From a virus, in IMG/VR virus record IMGVR_UViG_3300021962_000027: a stretch of DNA of 64,000 nt, one strand, 5' to 3'. The notes under the pieces are model-generated. The model was not told the DNA's origin. It did no database searches and worked only from the letters and a program-made list of their open reading frames with translations. Positions within the stretch are counted from its first letter, which is position 1; every line of letters begins with the position of its first letter. This document shows, piece after piece, positions 19,687 to 30,299 of the stretch. A program made the position numbers and the translations under genes.

Positions 19687-19700
19687 TAAAGATTTTTTTT

Positions 19701-20414
19701 TTATTCGAAACTTTTCTTAAGATCGATAATATTATCGATTGTTTCTAGAGATGGTTTTTCATTTTTCATCTCATTTAATTTTGTTCTAACTTCTAATAAT
19801 TTTTTAACAACAATTATATCATCACTTTTATTTATGGTTTCTTCAACCATACCCTGAGTGCTTTCAATTAAAGTTGTATAATAGTTATTTATAGAAGATT
19901 CATCATTTTCAGCAAATAAATTTAAAACTTTAACCTGTTCCTCATTTAATTTTGAGATTTTATCAGCTAAACTATTGTTAATCTTATCAATAGATTCTTT
20001 TAAAGATTCAGTTGATTTTTCTTCCCTAACTAAATGTTTAACTAAGTTAGTTTTATGTGAAACTTTTTCAACTAAAGATAATTTTTTGTTAAACACTAGT
20101 TGATCAATACTTTCATTAACAGTACCTTTGATTGACACTGTATTCTCAGTTAATGTTTTAAGTTTATCAACCACAGATAAATCGAAAGATTTTAAATGAG
20201 TGATTGATTCTTCCACAAATTCTTTAGCGATGGACTCATCTTTAAATTTCATTGTGTTTAATAAATCATAAACCTCATTAAATTCTCTTAATGTGTTATT
20301 TTCTCTTAAAACTTTAACGTATTTAGCAAAAGATTGTTTAAAATCCTTTTCACCGTTATTTTTATAGGTTTCCTCTAAATTAGAGAGAATGCTTTCTTTT
20401 AATTGTCCAAACAT
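19701..20414 (-). CDS. Hypothetical head-associated protein rich in L/I-x-E sites
   Basis: Follows the portal; TATTTAT at 20431-20437; helical, with many LxE motifs. Confidence 0.6.
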   Translation of the reverse strand: MFGQLKESILSNLEETYKNNGEKDFKQSFAKYVKVLRENNTLREFNEVYDLLNTMKFKDESIAKEFVEESITHLKSFDLSVVDKLKTLTENTVSIKGTVNESIDQLVFNKKLSLVEKVSHKTNLVKHLVREEKSTESLKESIDKINNSLADKISKLNEEQVKVLNLFAENDESSINNYYTTLIESTQGMVEETINKSDDIIVVKKLLEVRTKLNEMKNEKPSLETIDNIIDLKKSFE

Positions 20415-20441
20415 TTTTTTAGTTTTAATTATAAATATCTC

Positions 20442-22268
20442 TTATTCTAATAAATTATCAATATCCTTGATTGTTTTTTTAATCGTTTCATTTATTAACC
20501 TGTTTTTAGCATCTAGTTTTTTTCTAGTTGTCTCAGCTAACGGTTCTTCTGGTGTTGTTGGTTCAGTAGCTGGTTCAGCCTCAACCCCACCTTCAACTCC
20601 TGGTACTTCTAATGGTGTTGTAAAGTCGGTACCACCAGCGGTTTCACCACCACCCATGTCGCCACCACCCATGTCGCCACCACCGCCACCGCCCATGCTT
20701 GCCGCAGGTGCGCTACCGTCAGCCCCTAAAGTCATGTTATTAGGGTCGATTTTATATAGCTTGTAGATATCTCTGAATATACCAGTTTGCTTAATAGTTT
20801 CACCTAAAGATTTAAGTTCTTCACCACCAGCTCTTTCAACAGCTTGTCTTTGGATGTCAAGTTTAATCTCGTCATCACTCATATTTAAGATTTCTTTCTT
20901 AGCGTATGTCATAGACACAGCGCCAAAACCATTACCAGCATCAGAAACAGCATCACGATATAACTGAATTTTCTCTTTCCAGTTTTGTATCTTAAGCATT
21001 TCGGCTTGAGTAGATGGGCTAGTTAATGTTATAGTAAAGTTTTCTAAATCATCTTCAAAGCCTTTTGTGTAAAGGTGGATGATCGCCATTTTATTTAACT
21101 CCTGAATAAGAGCTTTTTGTACTCTATGCACCGCTCTAGCAAAACGAACATCAAGAATAGCTAAGTTTTTACCATCACCAGTAGCTTCCTCAAAACCGAT
21201 AAAGGCTTTAGGGACTCTCAGAGCGGCTAACATTTTCTTTTGGATGTATTCGATATCTGCGATCTCAGAAAGGTTTTGTGCGCCAGGTAATGTCTCAATA
21301 GGCATCGCTAATTGTGGATCTCTAACTGGAATAAAATAATCTTGGTCGACAGCTAACGCATTATAACGGGTATCTTGTTGACCGTTGTTATTATCGACCA
21401 TATTAACTCTTTTGAAGTTATTAGCGATTTTGTCAACGTAAGCATCAACGTCTTTGTCATCCATATTACCAACAAATACTTTGTAAACACGTCTTTCAGG
21501 TGCTCTTGTAACACGATAAACTAACATCGCATCTTCTGATAACAATAATTGTTTCCAAATTCTTCTCACTTTTTCAAGCATCGATGTACCATATGGTAAT
21601 CTTCTGTCATCACCAAGTAATCTAAAGTGGGATATTTCAAATGAATTAAACTCAACATTTTTATCTTTCCAGAAAAATTTAATGTTCTTCTCTTTTTGTT
21701 GGTCATCTAGACTTGTTACTTTTGAGAAACCTGGTTCAGATCTCGTCATTTCAATATTAGGTAATTGTGTAACACCCACAATACCTTGTCCAGGTATAAC
21801 CTTATTATAAACAAAGTTATCACCGTATTTACAAACGTTTCTAGCCCAAGATGTTAGATTGGCGTTTATATCCAAAATATTTTCAAACAAGTTGGTTAAT
21901 TCATTTTTAATCCTACTACTATCGGAATAGATTGTTAAAACCTTACCGTTTTCATTTGCTGTTGTAGCCTCTTCAGCGAATATATCTAACGCAACAGATA
22001 TTTCTGGTGTATATTCCATAGCTTCGTAATCATAATACGATGCGATCCTTGTTGGTTCGTAATAAACAGCTTTTTGGTATAGCTCATTATCAATTTTTTT
22101 CCACTGATTTTGTAGATATATGGTTTGTTGAGCCTCTAATTTTTTTTGATCCAATTCGCTACCGCTAAGTCCATCGAATGAACTTGGGTCGATAACATAT
22201 TTTGGGCCATCCACTTCATTACCTAAAGTTTTATTAAGTCTTTGATATATTGTTAATCTATTTGCCAT
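20442..22268 (-). CDS. Portal protein, T4 gp20-like
   Basis: LLLSEDAMLVYRVTRAPERRVYKVFVGNM, QDYFIP and IETLPGAQN...DIEY...ALRVP motifs. Confidence 0.95.
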   Translation of the reverse strand: MANRLTIYQRLNKTLGNEVDGPKYVIDPSSFDGLSGSELDQKKLEAQQTIYLQNQWKKIDNELYQKAVYYEPTRIASYYDYEAMEYTPEISVALDIFAEEATTANENGKVLTIYSDSSRIKNELTNLFENILDINANLTSWARNVCKYGDNFVYNKVIPGQGIVGVTQLPNIEMTRSEPGFSKVTSLDDQQKEKNIKFFWKDKNVEFNSFEISHFRLLGDDRRLPYGTSMLEKVRRIWKQLLLSEDAMLVYRVTRAPERRVYKVFVGNMDDKDVDAYVDKIANNFKRVNMVDNNNGQQDTRYNALAVDQDYFIPVRDPQLAMPIETLPGAQNLSEIADIEYIQKKMLAALRVPKAFIGFEEATGDGKNLAILDVRFARAVHRVQKALIQELNKMAIIHLYTKGFEDDLENFTITLTSPSTQAEMLKIQNWKEKIQLYRDAVSDAGNGFGAVSMTYAKKEILNMSDDEIKLDIQRQAVERAGGEELKSLGETIKQTGIFRDIYKLYKIDPNNMTLGADGSAPAASMGGGGGGDMGGGDMGGGETAGGTDFTTPLEVPGVEGGVEAEPATEPTTPEEPLAETTRKKLDAKNRLINETIKKTIKDIDNLLE

Positions 22269-22276
22269 ATTTTTTT

Positions 22277-22516
22277 TTAACTTACGTATTCACAATCAAC
22301 ATATGGTGGGAATTTGTAGTTTTCTACATCTTCATTCCACTCTTTTTTTTGTACATATGTTGTGGTACCATCTGATTCTGGTGAACATTTTATCGCTTCG
22401 ATATTTCTATCTAAAGCTCTACCATCTAATTTACCACTAGATTTTTCTTTTGATCTGGTTATTGATGTGGACCCTGGTCCACTGCTTCTTGCTTGTTTAA
22501 TTATGATATTTGCCAT
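22277..22516 (-). CDS. Small hypothetical protein (likely start MANIIIK)
   Basis: ATG at 22516 after an A-rich leader; lies between terminase and portal. Confidence 0.55.
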   Translation of the reverse strand: MANIIIKQARSSGPGSTSITRSKEKSSGKLDGRALDRNIEAIKCSPESDGTTTYVQKKEWNEDVENYKFPPYVDCEYVS

Positions 22517-22545
22517 TTTAATTGTGATTAAATTAATTATTATTA

Positions 22546-24354
22546 TTATTTTTTTGGTTTTGGTTTCATGGCACCAAATAACCACCCATATTCCCTTGTA
22601 TTCATCATATTATTGTTTGTAGAAAATTCATCAGAGTTATAATAAGATTTATTAGGATCTGGTGAACTAGTTACATCTTTTAATAAATAGTCCGCATCTG
22701 TGTTTACATTATTAGTTGTTATTTTCCAACTATCCAACATGGCTTTGGTCATATTTTCAGATTCTTGTAATCTTTTAAATGATGTATTAGCTACGAATAA
22801 ACACATACCTAAAGCCATGATGAGGTCATCATGTGATCCTTTCATATGATCTGGTTTACCGTTTTTATAAACAAATTTCTTTAACTCAGCTGTTAACCTT
22901 TCACTACGTATTTTAAAACCACCTCTAGCAACAGCTTCTTCTAAAGCCGCAACAATTTGACTTCTTCTGTTTTTTGACGCAAAATTTATACCTGGTGTTG
23001 AATTATCATCTGGAATAAAATACATGCTATTAATATCACCTTCTTTGTCATAATGGAATAACTTTTTAGGGTAATTTAATTCTTTAAGTTTTTGTGTTGA
23101 TGCAATACCCATACCACCTGTAATATCAAATGTTGATAAAGCATCGTACATCCTACCGTATTGGTCAACAATTAATGCGGCAACATCTGGTGGGACTTTA
23201 CCGTGATATTCTAAAACTTGTTCAAATGTATCATAATCAATAATACACATACCAGTGGCGTCCTCAGAATCACCACGAGAAACATCTAGTGCCAAAATAT
23301 ACCTATGACCCTTTTCTGGTAATTTCCAAACCCATAAATTACTATCCCAAGCTTTATCTTTTATTATCGGTTCAATAACATTCTCTTGTTCTTGTTTTCT
23401 AATAACCTCACCCTCAATAACGTTATCACCAGACCCAATAAAAGCGCATTCCAACTCCTGGTTGATCATACGCTTGTTAAAGTTCATATCCCTACACATA
23501 TTCTCATACCATGTGGAATGTGGCTTATAACCATCGGTGATGAATTTAGCAATCACATCTGGGTGTAAATCAATAGCTGATTCAATAATTTCCTCATCTT
23601 TTTCAGCTGCTGGTTTTTGGAACCAATCGACAATATCTTTTGCCTTAACTAATCTTAAATCTTTATTGAATCGTGGATCTTGCCACCATTTTAAGTGTGT
23701 TACACAGAAACTATTATCACCTTTAATCGCACCCTCATACGAAGCATAATAGATTGGATCTAGTCCATTAGGTGTTGATATTAATACAGCTTTACCACCA
23801 GTACCAATTGAGGCTAAACACGCTGTCCATAGTTCTTGTCCACCTTCAACGAAGGCAGCCTCGTCAATTAATAATACTGTTGGTGTATAACCACGCAAGG
23901 CATCTTGAGATGTTGCAACGGCTTTAATTTCAGAACCATTAGATAACCTAACATGTTTTTGTGAAGATTTATCAAATGTAACATTTACCCAATCAGGTAA
24001 TTGTTTAATAAAGTTAATAATTTTATTCTGGAACTCAATAGCTGTTTCCTGTTTGTTAGCGAGGATCAGAACCTTCTCAGGTCTATCTGGACTAGCGAAG
24101 GCTGTTAAAACAGCTGAATACGCTGCTGTAACGGTTGATATACCAGCTTGTCGGTATTTTAAAACTAAGTTAAACCTATGTTTTCTATAATTAGCAACGA
24201 GTTTTCTTTGCCCATCAAAAAGTTCAAATGGTACATAACCCTCTCTAGTTTTATCGAAAGTCTCAAAATAACTTTCAATAACATAACAAGGGTCTTGAGA
24301 ACATTTCGTGAACTCTAAAAGTAATTCTCTTTTATTTGTAATTTGTTTCGGCAA
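22546..24354 (-). CDS. Terminase large subunit, T4 gp17-like
   Basis: KYRQAGIST, Walker B LLIDEAAF, STPNG; nuclease motifs LALDVSRG and HDDLIMA; TTG start. Confidence 0.95.
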   Translation of the reverse strand: MPKQITNKRELLLEFTKCSQDPCYVIESYFETFDKTREGYVPFELFDGQRKLVANYRKHRFNLVLKYRQAGISTVTAAYSAVLTAFASPDRPEKVLILANKQETAIEFQNKIINFIKQLPDWVNVTFDKSSQKHVRLSNGSEIKAVATSQDALRGYTPTVLLIDEAAFVEGGQELWTACLASIGTGGKAVLISTPNGLDPIYYASYEGAIKGDNSFCVTHLKWWQDPRFNKDLRLVKAKDIVDWFQKPAAEKDEEIIESAIDLHPDVIAKFITDGYKPHSTWYENMCRDMNFNKRMINQELECAFIGSGDNVIEGEVIRKQEQENVIEPIIKDKAWDSNLWVWKLPEKGHRYILALDVSRGDSEDATGMCIIDYDTFEQVLEYHGKVPPDVAALIVDQYGRMYDALSTFDITGGMGIASTQKLKELNYPKKLFHYDKEGDINSMYFIPDDNSTPGINFASKNRRSQIVAALEEAVARGGFKIRSERLTAELKKFVYKNGKPDHMKGSHDDLIMALGMCLFVANTSFKRLQESENMTKAMLDSWKITTNNVNTDADYLLKDVTSSPDPNKSYYNSDEFSTNNNMMNTREYGWLFGAMKPKPKK

Positions 24355-24382
24355 AGTCTATTCTTTCCATATAAATAGTTTA

Positions 24383-25525
24383 TTATAGTCCTAAATCACT
24401 TAAATTGATGCTGTCAAGATCATCATTACTGAAATTATATTCCATAATTTCCATTCTTTTTTTCTTAACGATAGCCTCAATTTCTTTTTTAGCGTAATCA
24501 GGTCGGTGTTCAACTAATGACATAAAATCAATAAAATCTTCAGCATCTTTTTTAAAGAGATCGATTAAAATCAATTTTTTAATGTCGTAATCATCCACGT
24601 TAATTAAACCATGTAAATTACCCCACATATTTGGAAATAATCTAATATCCCATAATTCAGCGATAATCGTATCAGTATAATCAATTATTTTTTCAGCGTT
24701 TTCTTTTGGTAAACCAGCTACTGAAAATAAAGAAATAATACCTTTAGTCATCTCATGAATTAAAATAGGGAAATTCATGGCCTTTGCTATAATTTTAGGT
24801 ATTTCTCCACTAAAGTCAAGCTCAACGTAACCAGCATTATTAGAATTATCGGATTCGATTTGTTGTTGGAACATATCATCACCAATTAGGTAATAAAATA
24901 GGTCATTTGCGATTAAGGATTTTTGATAATAAGGTGTGATACCAGAAACAATTTTTTCGATATCATCACGATATAGGTGAAAAATATAATGGGCTCTTAA
25001 TGAGGCACCTTGGGCAAAGGCATTTATTGTTCTTCTTTTAACAATCTCAGCAACCAATTCTTCGTCATTTTCAATCTCTTCTTTTTCTTCTGGTGTCAAT
25101 GGTGTTTCCATATTCATCTCTTCTGGCAATTCAATGGTACCTGGTTCCATTATCTCTAGATCAAAAATAACCTCATCATAACCCAAATTCCATTCTTCAC
25201 GGATGATTTTTTCAGCCAATTCACAAAGAACAACTCTTTTACCGCTTTCCATATTGGTAGCACTAAACATCGCTGAACCAGCTGACATCATAACTTCCAT
25301 CGGACTGATAAACTCTTTGGGTACTTGAAAAGTTATTGAGTATGAATCAATGAGCTCTTTATACCTTTCTGATGCAATATTTTCCTCACGCCATGATTCT
25401 GGGTGTGTGCTTTGATCATAATAAGGTAATTTACCTAAAGGGTGGTTCCTGGTTGATAGTTTTTCGATTATTGATCTATCGATCAAATTAGGGTAGTCAC
25501 CCAGCTGTAGTCCTGATTTTCTCAT
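24383..25525 (-). CDS. Hypothetical protein
   Basis: 380-aa ORF with its own host-type promoter. Confidence 0.75.
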   Translation of the reverse strand: MRKSGLQLGDYPNLIDRSIIEKLSTRNHPLGKLPYYDQSTHPESWREENIASERYKELIDSYSITFQVPKEFISPMEVMMSAGSAMFSATNMESGKRVVLCELAEKIIREEWNLGYDEVIFDLEIMEPGTIELPEEMNMETPLTPEEKEEIENDEELVAEIVKRRTINAFAQGASLRAHYIFHLYRDDIEKIVSGITPYYQKSLIANDLFYYLIGDDMFQQQIESDNSNNAGYVELDFSGEIPKIIAKAMNFPILIHEMTKGIISLFSVAGLPKENAEKIIDYTDTIIAELWDIRLFPNMWGNLHGLINVDDYDIKKLILIDLFKKDAEDFIDFMSLVEHRPDYAKKEIEAIVKKKRMEIMEYNFSNDDLDSINLSDLGL

Positions 25526-25556
25526 AAAAAAAATGCCTTGTTTATTATTAACAAGG

Positions 25557-25588
25557 CAAATGTAGGTAAAATTTTTTAAATAACCAAA
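25557..25588 (-). promoter_or_regulatory. Bacteroidota promoter TTTG-N20-TACATTTG, overlapping a GCCTTGTT/AACAAGGC hairpin
   Basis: Full consensus match for -33 and -7 elements. Confidence 0.7.
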
Positions 25589-25591
25589 TTT

Positions 25592-25729
25592 TTAAGCTTT
25601 TGGTTTCCCCTTTTCTTTTTCATTCGGTTTGGGAATGTCAATTTTTGATGGGTTCTTACTTGGTGATGGGGTTTTTACTGGTGTTTCAACAGGCGCTTTT
25701 GTTGGTAACGGCATTTGGTTATTTTTCAT
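25592..25729 (-). CDS. 45-aa Pro/Lys-rich peptide (not in the ORF track)
   Basis: MKNNQMPLPTKAPVETPVKTPSPSKNPSKIDIPKPNEKEKGKPKA*; its ATG is 1 nt after the upstream stop. Confidence 0.55.
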   Translation of the reverse strand: MKNNQMPLPTKAPVETPVKTPSPSKNPSKIDIPKPNEKEKGKPKA

Positions 25730-25730
25730 A

Positions 25731-26564
25731 TTATGATTTTTTTTGTTTTTCGATGTATGCTAAAATATCAGCTTTATTTAGTTTTGGTCTTTCAGACTCT
25801 GCAATAATACGAAAGATTTCTGAATTGGCCAAATTTTCTTCAATTTTTATTTCTTCTTCCTTTAAAACATCTAACATTTTTCTTAATTCACGGTAAGCTT
25901 CTTTTTCTTTACCATCTTTTAGTAAAGTAGTTACTTTTTTAATAATCCAACCTCGATTACCTAATTTTTCTACCACGCTTTCAAATTCAATTGGGTCCAT
26001 TTTACTTATAACCATATTGTTATTAGTTTCAACTGGTTCTGATTTTTTATCAGGAAATAGTGTTAGTTGGTTAGGGTCTGGGCCCACAGAATTAGTGACT
26101 TTAAAATTACCATCTTGTTCCAGCGCATTTTTAGCGTCATCAAACGTTTTAATTTGTTCTGAATCATTATCAGCCATATCGTAATGATAAACAGTGTTAG
26201 CATAATCTATCACACCTTCTTTATCCGTGGTTTCAATCTTATCCCCATTTTCATCAAAGATATCATATTTAGTATCATCATACTTTGGTTTATTTCTCTC
26301 ATTCCAAGGTTGGTTGTAATATGTATACCCACCAGTTAATCTTGAGATTAACTCATCGATAGTATCCTCTTCAGTCCAGCTATTAGTGTTTTCACCATTA
26401 GATTCATTTTGAACAGCGTTTTGTATGGAAGTTTCAACATCATTTTTAGTTTGCATTAATTGTGTTATCGCTTCTTTTGCTTTATCTAAAGACTGAATAG
26501 TGGCATCTGGGTTTGTGATAGCCGCATTTATTATTTCATCCGAATTTTTTGTATTATCTTCCAT
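25731..26564 (-). CDS. Hypothetical protein
   Basis: 277-aa acidic ORF, TAATG-coupled to the upstream gene. Confidence 0.75.
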   Translation of the reverse strand: MEDNTKNSDEIINAAITNPDATIQSLDKAKEAITQLMQTKNDVETSIQNAVQNESNGENTNSWTEEDTIDELISRLTGGYTYYNQPWNERNKPKYDDTKYDIFDENGDKIETTDKEGVIDYANTVYHYDMADNDSEQIKTFDDAKNALEQDGNFKVTNSVGPDPNQLTLFPDKKSEPVETNNNMVISKMDPIEFESVVEKLGNRGWIIKKVTTLLKDGKEKEAYRELRKMLDVLKEEEIKIEENLANSEIFRIIAESERPKLNKADILAYIEKQKKS

Positions 26565-26968
26565 TACATTTTTTCTATTTCTTCTTTATTTATTATGGTA
26601 AGTAGTTTATCTCTACTATAAATTTTTTCTTTAACAGATTCCATTGTTTCAGCGTATCTAAAAACTAATCTCTCATCAATCTCTGGTGATTCAGTTTCCC
26701 AACCTAGTGCGATGATACCTTCAACACAATCATACATTGAGAATGTGTCAGAATGTATTGCCAAAGATAATTCAATATCTTCAGATTTTAACACACCAAC
26801 AGTTTCCACTTGATCGATATTTGGTGGTGTTGGTGATCCACTTGATGCTGGTTGGACATCCCAATCCTCACCATATTCAATATTATCAATTCTTTTTGCA
26901 AATATGAATTCGTAGGTATTTTGGCCTTTGAAATCTTTATTTAGCGGGTTTATATAAATTAAATACAT
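26564..26968 (-). CDS. Hypothetical protein
   Basis: 134-aa ORF in a late operon. Confidence 0.75.
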   Translation of the reverse strand: MYLIYINPLNKDFKGQNTYEFIFAKRIDNIEYGEDWDVQPASSGSPTPPNIDQVETVGVLKSEDIELSLAIHSDTFSMYDCVEGIIALGWETESPEIDERLVFRYAETMESVKEKIYSRDKLLTIINKEEIEKM

Positions 26969-26970
26969 AA

Positions 26971-28431
26971 TTATTTTACTTTATTCACTATATTAAAACT
27001 AAGTTCATTATCAAATATTAATGTTTCACCACCTGTTTCAATTTTTATATCAACAAAATATTCTTGTGGTACTAACCAGGTTGTATCCAGCGTAAAATAA
27101 TTGTTATTAAATGATTTATTGGCTATCTGCCAGTCCATTATTGTTATAATAGCTGGACCTTGTCTAACATATATTCTATAATAAACGGTATTACTAACAT
27201 AATATTCGGAAACGGTATAAGGTTTTCTTAAAAGAATATTAACTTTTCTTTTTTCACCTTGGGATAACCTCTCTTCTCTTCTAATACCACTAATACTTAA
27301 ACCATATCTAGTATCATCTAATACATCAATATCAAAATTAAAATATTTATCAGCATCTATAGGTACAAATCTTAATTTAACGTTTGGTCTTTGTGCACCA
27401 TTGTAGAAAATATTAGACCAAATGTCATTATATTCTGTATAACTTGTATAAGTATTTTCATCACCATAAATATCAACATAATAAACACCTTTAGTTTTTT
27501 GGTTTACAATAAAGTTAACCCCGTTTATCGTACAATTTGGTAATTTATCCAGATTAGTTAATTTACCATCTATCACAGAGTAGAAGAATAACCTGTTTTT
27601 CTTACCTAAATAAAATGTAACCCTATCGTCTTCAATATGGTCATCATATTGTGTTTCAATAAATGGTTCGAAGAATGTCTGAGTATGTCTAGTAAATAAC
27701 CCTAAGGCGAATGTTTTTTGTTCAGTGCTATAATCTAACGCCTCTATCGCATTGCTATACTTTAAACAAAAACCGAAATATGTCGTAGAACCTGTCGTAG
27801 ATCCTGTTGTAGAACCTGTTGTAGAACCTGTCGTAGATCCTGTTGTAGAACCTGTCGTGGATCCTGTTGTATTAGCATTTGTGACATAACTATTAACAAA
27901 ATCTGTAATATCCATTTCAATATCCTCATTACCCCAATCTAAATGTTGTGTCGCTATTGGTACACTACCATTTGAGATAGCACCAGGTAATGTGAAATTA
28001 CTAGTATTTGTCGCTTTAACCCAATTTGAGGGTTCTAACGCATAATCTTTATTTTCTGGTATACTTGTTAAAGATGGTGTGAAATCATAACCAGAACCCT
28101 CATCCCATCGTTTATCAACAACATGTAATTCAAGATCAAAAGATGTTGGTCTATAGTTATCATTAAATAACAAATTGTTGCTGTTACTCAAAAAATCTTT
28201 AATATCGAAACTAGATGTATTTTTAATTTTAAGTATATGTCTAGTACCACCATCAACATTAATCACTTTATCCGCAATTAAATTCTTAATCTCATCAAAA
28301 GAGCAATAAAATAAAAATCTACTATGATTAGCCCCGAAATATAATTCAGATATCTGATTTCTACCAGTATTTACCTCACTATCTTTTACGATGGTGTTAT
28401 TTTTATCAAAATATGTTCTGTATATGCCCAT
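26971..28431 (-). CDS. Probable virion structural protein with a (TTGS)n insert
   Basis: Beta-rich with WDEGSGYD; late motif immediately upstream; TTGS x7 tract. Confidence 0.6.
   Translation of the reverse strand: MGIYRTYFDKNNTIVKDSEVNTGRNQISELYFGANHSRFLFYCSFDEIKNLIADKVINVDGGTRHILKIKNTSSFDIKDFLSNSNNLLFNDNYRPTSFDLELHVVDKRWDEGSGYDFTPSLTSIPENKDYALEPSNWVKATNTSNFTLPGAISNGSVPIATQHLDWGNEDIEMDITDFVNSYVTNANTTGSTTGSTTGSTTGSTTGSTTGSTTGSTTYFGFCLKYSNAIEALDYSTEQKTFALGLFTRHTQTFFEPFIETQYDDHIEDDRVTFYLGKKNRLFFYSVIDGKLTNLDKLPNCTINGVNFIVNQKTKGVYYVDIYGDENTYTSYTEYNDIWSNIFYNGAQRPNVKLRFVPIDADKYFNFDIDVLDDTRYGLSISGIRREERLSQGEKRKVNILLRKPYTVSEYYVSNTVYYRIYVRQGPAIITIMDWQIANKSFNNNYFTLDTTWLVPQEYFVDIKIETGGETLIFDNELSFNIVNKVK
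27781..27870 (-). repeat. 12-bp tandem repeat encoding (TTGS)7TT
   Basis: Read directly from the sequence; synonymous variation between units. Confidence 0.95.
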
Positions 28432-28444
28432 GGTAATAAATATT

Positions 28445-30091
28445 TTAATTAATGCGTAAGTTATGATTTATTATGTTTGTTGGTTGATTTAAATTATTAC
28501 CATTTATCTCTTGGGTTAATTCACCTTGTAAATCAGTTAATAATTTTCTAGCGTCATTACTTATAGAATCTTGAACTTGACCTATTGAATGACCGTGTGT
28601 TAGAATAATATTAATTAATTTATTAATCATTTCTAACATTTTTTCACCCCTAATCCAACCATATGTTTGATAATCTCTTTTACCGTCATTCGCTAAAGCT
28701 GATAAGAACTTAGAGACGGTTTCTATCGACATACCTTCCGCAGGATTATCTAAATAGTTTGGGGAGTTTATACTACTTAAAAATAAAAATTTATCAGCGT
28801 ACATTACTTGCGCTGTGACATCTTTATTTTCGGTTTTTTCTTCAAATGTGGTTTTTGTTTCCGTAACCTGAGCCTGTAATTCTTGGTTACCAATAAAACG
28901 ATCCTCAGAATATTTCCTAACCTTACCAATAAATTTATTAAACTCATCGAATCGGATATAATCTAAAGAGGTTGTGTCAACAGGTTGTGTTTTAGGTATA
29001 CCTAATTCATTTTGAAGTTGTGGTGTTGGTGTCATGTATTTATCCCTATTTGAAGGAACAATTCTAACAACAAAATTATTTAAATTAGGTACAATATCAG
29101 TCACCTCATTATTTGCACCACCAGAATTTGGTTTGGCTTGTATTCGGTTAACTAATGATATTAAACTATTATCACTATCAATTTTTTGTGTCCCTACTAA
29201 TTCTGGGTTATAATATTTTATCTTTTTTTCCCTGTATGATGAAATAATATCTTCTATAGCCTTATCCATCAAATCCATACTATTAAATTCTAAGGAGTGT
29301 CTAATTGTATACTGATTTCTAATCGTACCAGATGTATAATCTTTTAATTTATTGTATAGTTTTCTTGTTAAACCCTTTTTACCTTTATTATCTTGTATAG
29401 TTTCTAAAGTATCATAAAGACTAACAGTGCATTTTATATTTTTATCAGATAAAGTATTTTTTCTGTTATACTCAAAAATTAATTCAACAAAGAAATCTAA
29501 AAAAACATCTTTTTTTGTTGTTTTAGTTTCTTTTTTTTCTTTATAAGTTAATGCTTTTTTGAATTTACTTATTTGAAATAGAGGGTATTGTGTCTTTCTA
29601 GTTTTGTTCGTTATATGATCCAATCTAATTAATACACGATTATTACCTAAGTTAATCTGTTCATTATTTAAACCAGAAAAAACGGAATCATTTAAACTAT
29701 TAGCGATTTCGTTTGGGGTGAGGGATTTTTCTCTGGTGTTTTCCTCTTTATATGTGCTGTAAAGAAAAACAGGGTCATTTGTTATTGGACCAACATATAA
29801 TTGACCACTTTTTGTTTTGATTAATCTAACTAATTGGCCAGGTTTTGGTGTTATATTTAAATTACTTGGTAAAAATGGTTGTGCTAGAAATTCATCAAAG
29901 AATTTACCGTTTGTTACAGTATATGACCATTCGGTATATTGGGCTCCGTTAATATTTTTATTTTTGATAGCGTTTTGTATATCCGTGACGGTAACGTAAC
30001 CCTTATATGCGTCATATGGGGCAACACGTATTCTCCCGTGATTTAACGGATCCTGGTTATCAAAACAAATACCTAAAATAAATTCTTCCAT
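28445..30091 (-). CDS. Baseplate hub/spike protein (gp5/gpV-like OB-fold N-terminus)
   Basis: GICFDNQDPLNHGRIRV...P.PGQLV OB-fold motif; C-terminal RGE...THGH (HxH). Confidence 0.6.
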   Translation of the reverse strand: MEEFILGICFDNQDPLNHGRIRVAPYDAYKGYVTVTDIQNAIKNKNINGAQYTEWSYTVTNGKFFDEFLAQPFLPSNLNITPKPGQLVRLIKTKSGQLYVGPITNDPVFLYSTYKEENTREKSLTPNEIANSLNDSVFSGLNNEQINLGNNRVLIRLDHITNKTRKTQYPLFQISKFKKALTYKEKKETKTTKKDVFLDFFVELIFEYNRKNTLSDKNIKCTVSLYDTLETIQDNKGKKGLTRKLYNKLKDYTSGTIRNQYTIRHSLEFNSMDLMDKAIEDIISSYREKKIKYYNPELVGTQKIDSDNSLISLVNRIQAKPNSGGANNEVTDIVPNLNNFVVRIVPSNRDKYMTPTPQLQNELGIPKTQPVDTTSLDYIRFDEFNKFIGKVRKYSEDRFIGNQELQAQVTETKTTFEEKTENKDVTAQVMYADKFLFLSSINSPNYLDNPAEGMSIETVSKFLSALANDGKRDYQTYGWIRGEKMLEMINKLINIILTHGHSIGQVQDSISNDARKLLTDLQGELTQEINGNNLNQPTNIINHNLRIN

Positions 30092-30297
30092 TAATCTTTA
30101 AACTTTAATCTATCTTTTAATTCATTATACACCTTGTCATAGGTTACCTCAACTTCTTCGAGCGTGGTTGTTAATTTTAAAACGTTATTTTTTAACGCAT
30201 CAAAATCATTTTTTAACCCAAGTAAAATTTTTGCCAAATCCTTATTGGATTTTTTATCAACGTTTTCGTAAATTTCTTTTAATCTCGTGTTATTCAT
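30091..30297 (-). CDS. Small coiled-coil hypothetical protein
   Basis: 68-aa ORF coupled to its neighbours. Confidence 0.65.
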   Translation of the reverse strand: MNNTRLKEIYENVDKKSNKDLAKILLGLKNDFDALKNNVLKLTTTLEEVEVTYDKVYNELKDRLKFKD

Positions 30298-30299
30298 AA

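Noticed and set aside
20640-20700. GC-rich MGGG repeat in the portal tail as a separate element
   Set aside because: An in-frame low-complexity linker, explained by Gly/Met codons.
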